DNA of 63,196 nt, filler included, from Octopus bimaculoides (taxonomy: Eukaryota): the NCBI RefSeq assembly GCF_001194135.2. It is 6 parts of 5 records of this genome, joined end to end, with 100 filler letters (N's around TTAATTAATTAA, not from the genome) between each part and the next. Parts side by side here need not be neighbours in the genome. Positions count along the whole stretch, not along the records: positions 58,405 to 63,196 come from NC_068981.1; 5 more parts are not named here. One strand, written 5' to 3'. Of the stretch, positions 63,012 through 63,196 are shown piece after piece (the stretch's first letter is position 1; each line of letters opens with the position of its first letter). The notes below the pieces were generated by a model, which saw only the letters and a program-made list of their open reading frames with translations, did no database searches and was not told the origin of the DNA. The position numbers were made by a program, and so were the translations under genes.

Positions 63012-63196
63012 AGTGGCTGTGTGGTAAGTCGTTTGCTTACCAACCATATAGTTCTGGGTTCAGTCCCACTGCGTGGCACCTTGGGCACTGTCTTCTACTA
63101 TAGCCTCGGGCCGATTAAAGCCTTGTGAGTGGATTTAATAGACGGAAACTGAAAGAAGCCCGTCGTATATATGTATGTATATATATATATATATAT
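63012..63196 (+). mobile_element. SINE family B, 5' half, runs off the window end
   Basis: GTGGCTGTGTGGTAAG head to GAAGCCCGTCGTATAT. Confidence 0.9.

Overview
AT-rich, microsatellite- and SINE-dense eukaryotic DNA from a gapped draft assembly. The SINE families and repeat landscape point to a coleoid cephalopod, most likely Octopus (inference from recalled repeat families, not a database hit). I found no intact host protein-coding gene, RNA gene or CRISPR array, so the window looks intergenic or intronic, and nearly all listed ORFs are microsatellite or N-gap translations. What can be supported is a layered mobile-element record: several tRNA-derived or LINE-tailed SINE families, relics of RTE, CR1-type and R4/Dong LINEs, a Gypsy LTR-PBS-gag stub, two Penelope-like fragments, a full-length dead Tc1, piggyBac-type MITEs and several foldback elements. 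The most interesting items are: a 548-bp foldback with an 8-bp TSD and a head-to-head telomere-repeat centre; a TIR element with octamer+CCAAT motifs in both arms that splits an RTE ORF; a ~1-kb foldback enclosing a Penelope endonuclease fragment; two hammerhead-ribozyme-like cores; a dimeric SINE inserted as one unit; SINE-LINE shared 3' tails; and an E-box cluster. None is a proven novel system; all are testable candidates. Coordinates were counted by eye and the ends of degraded repeats are approximate.
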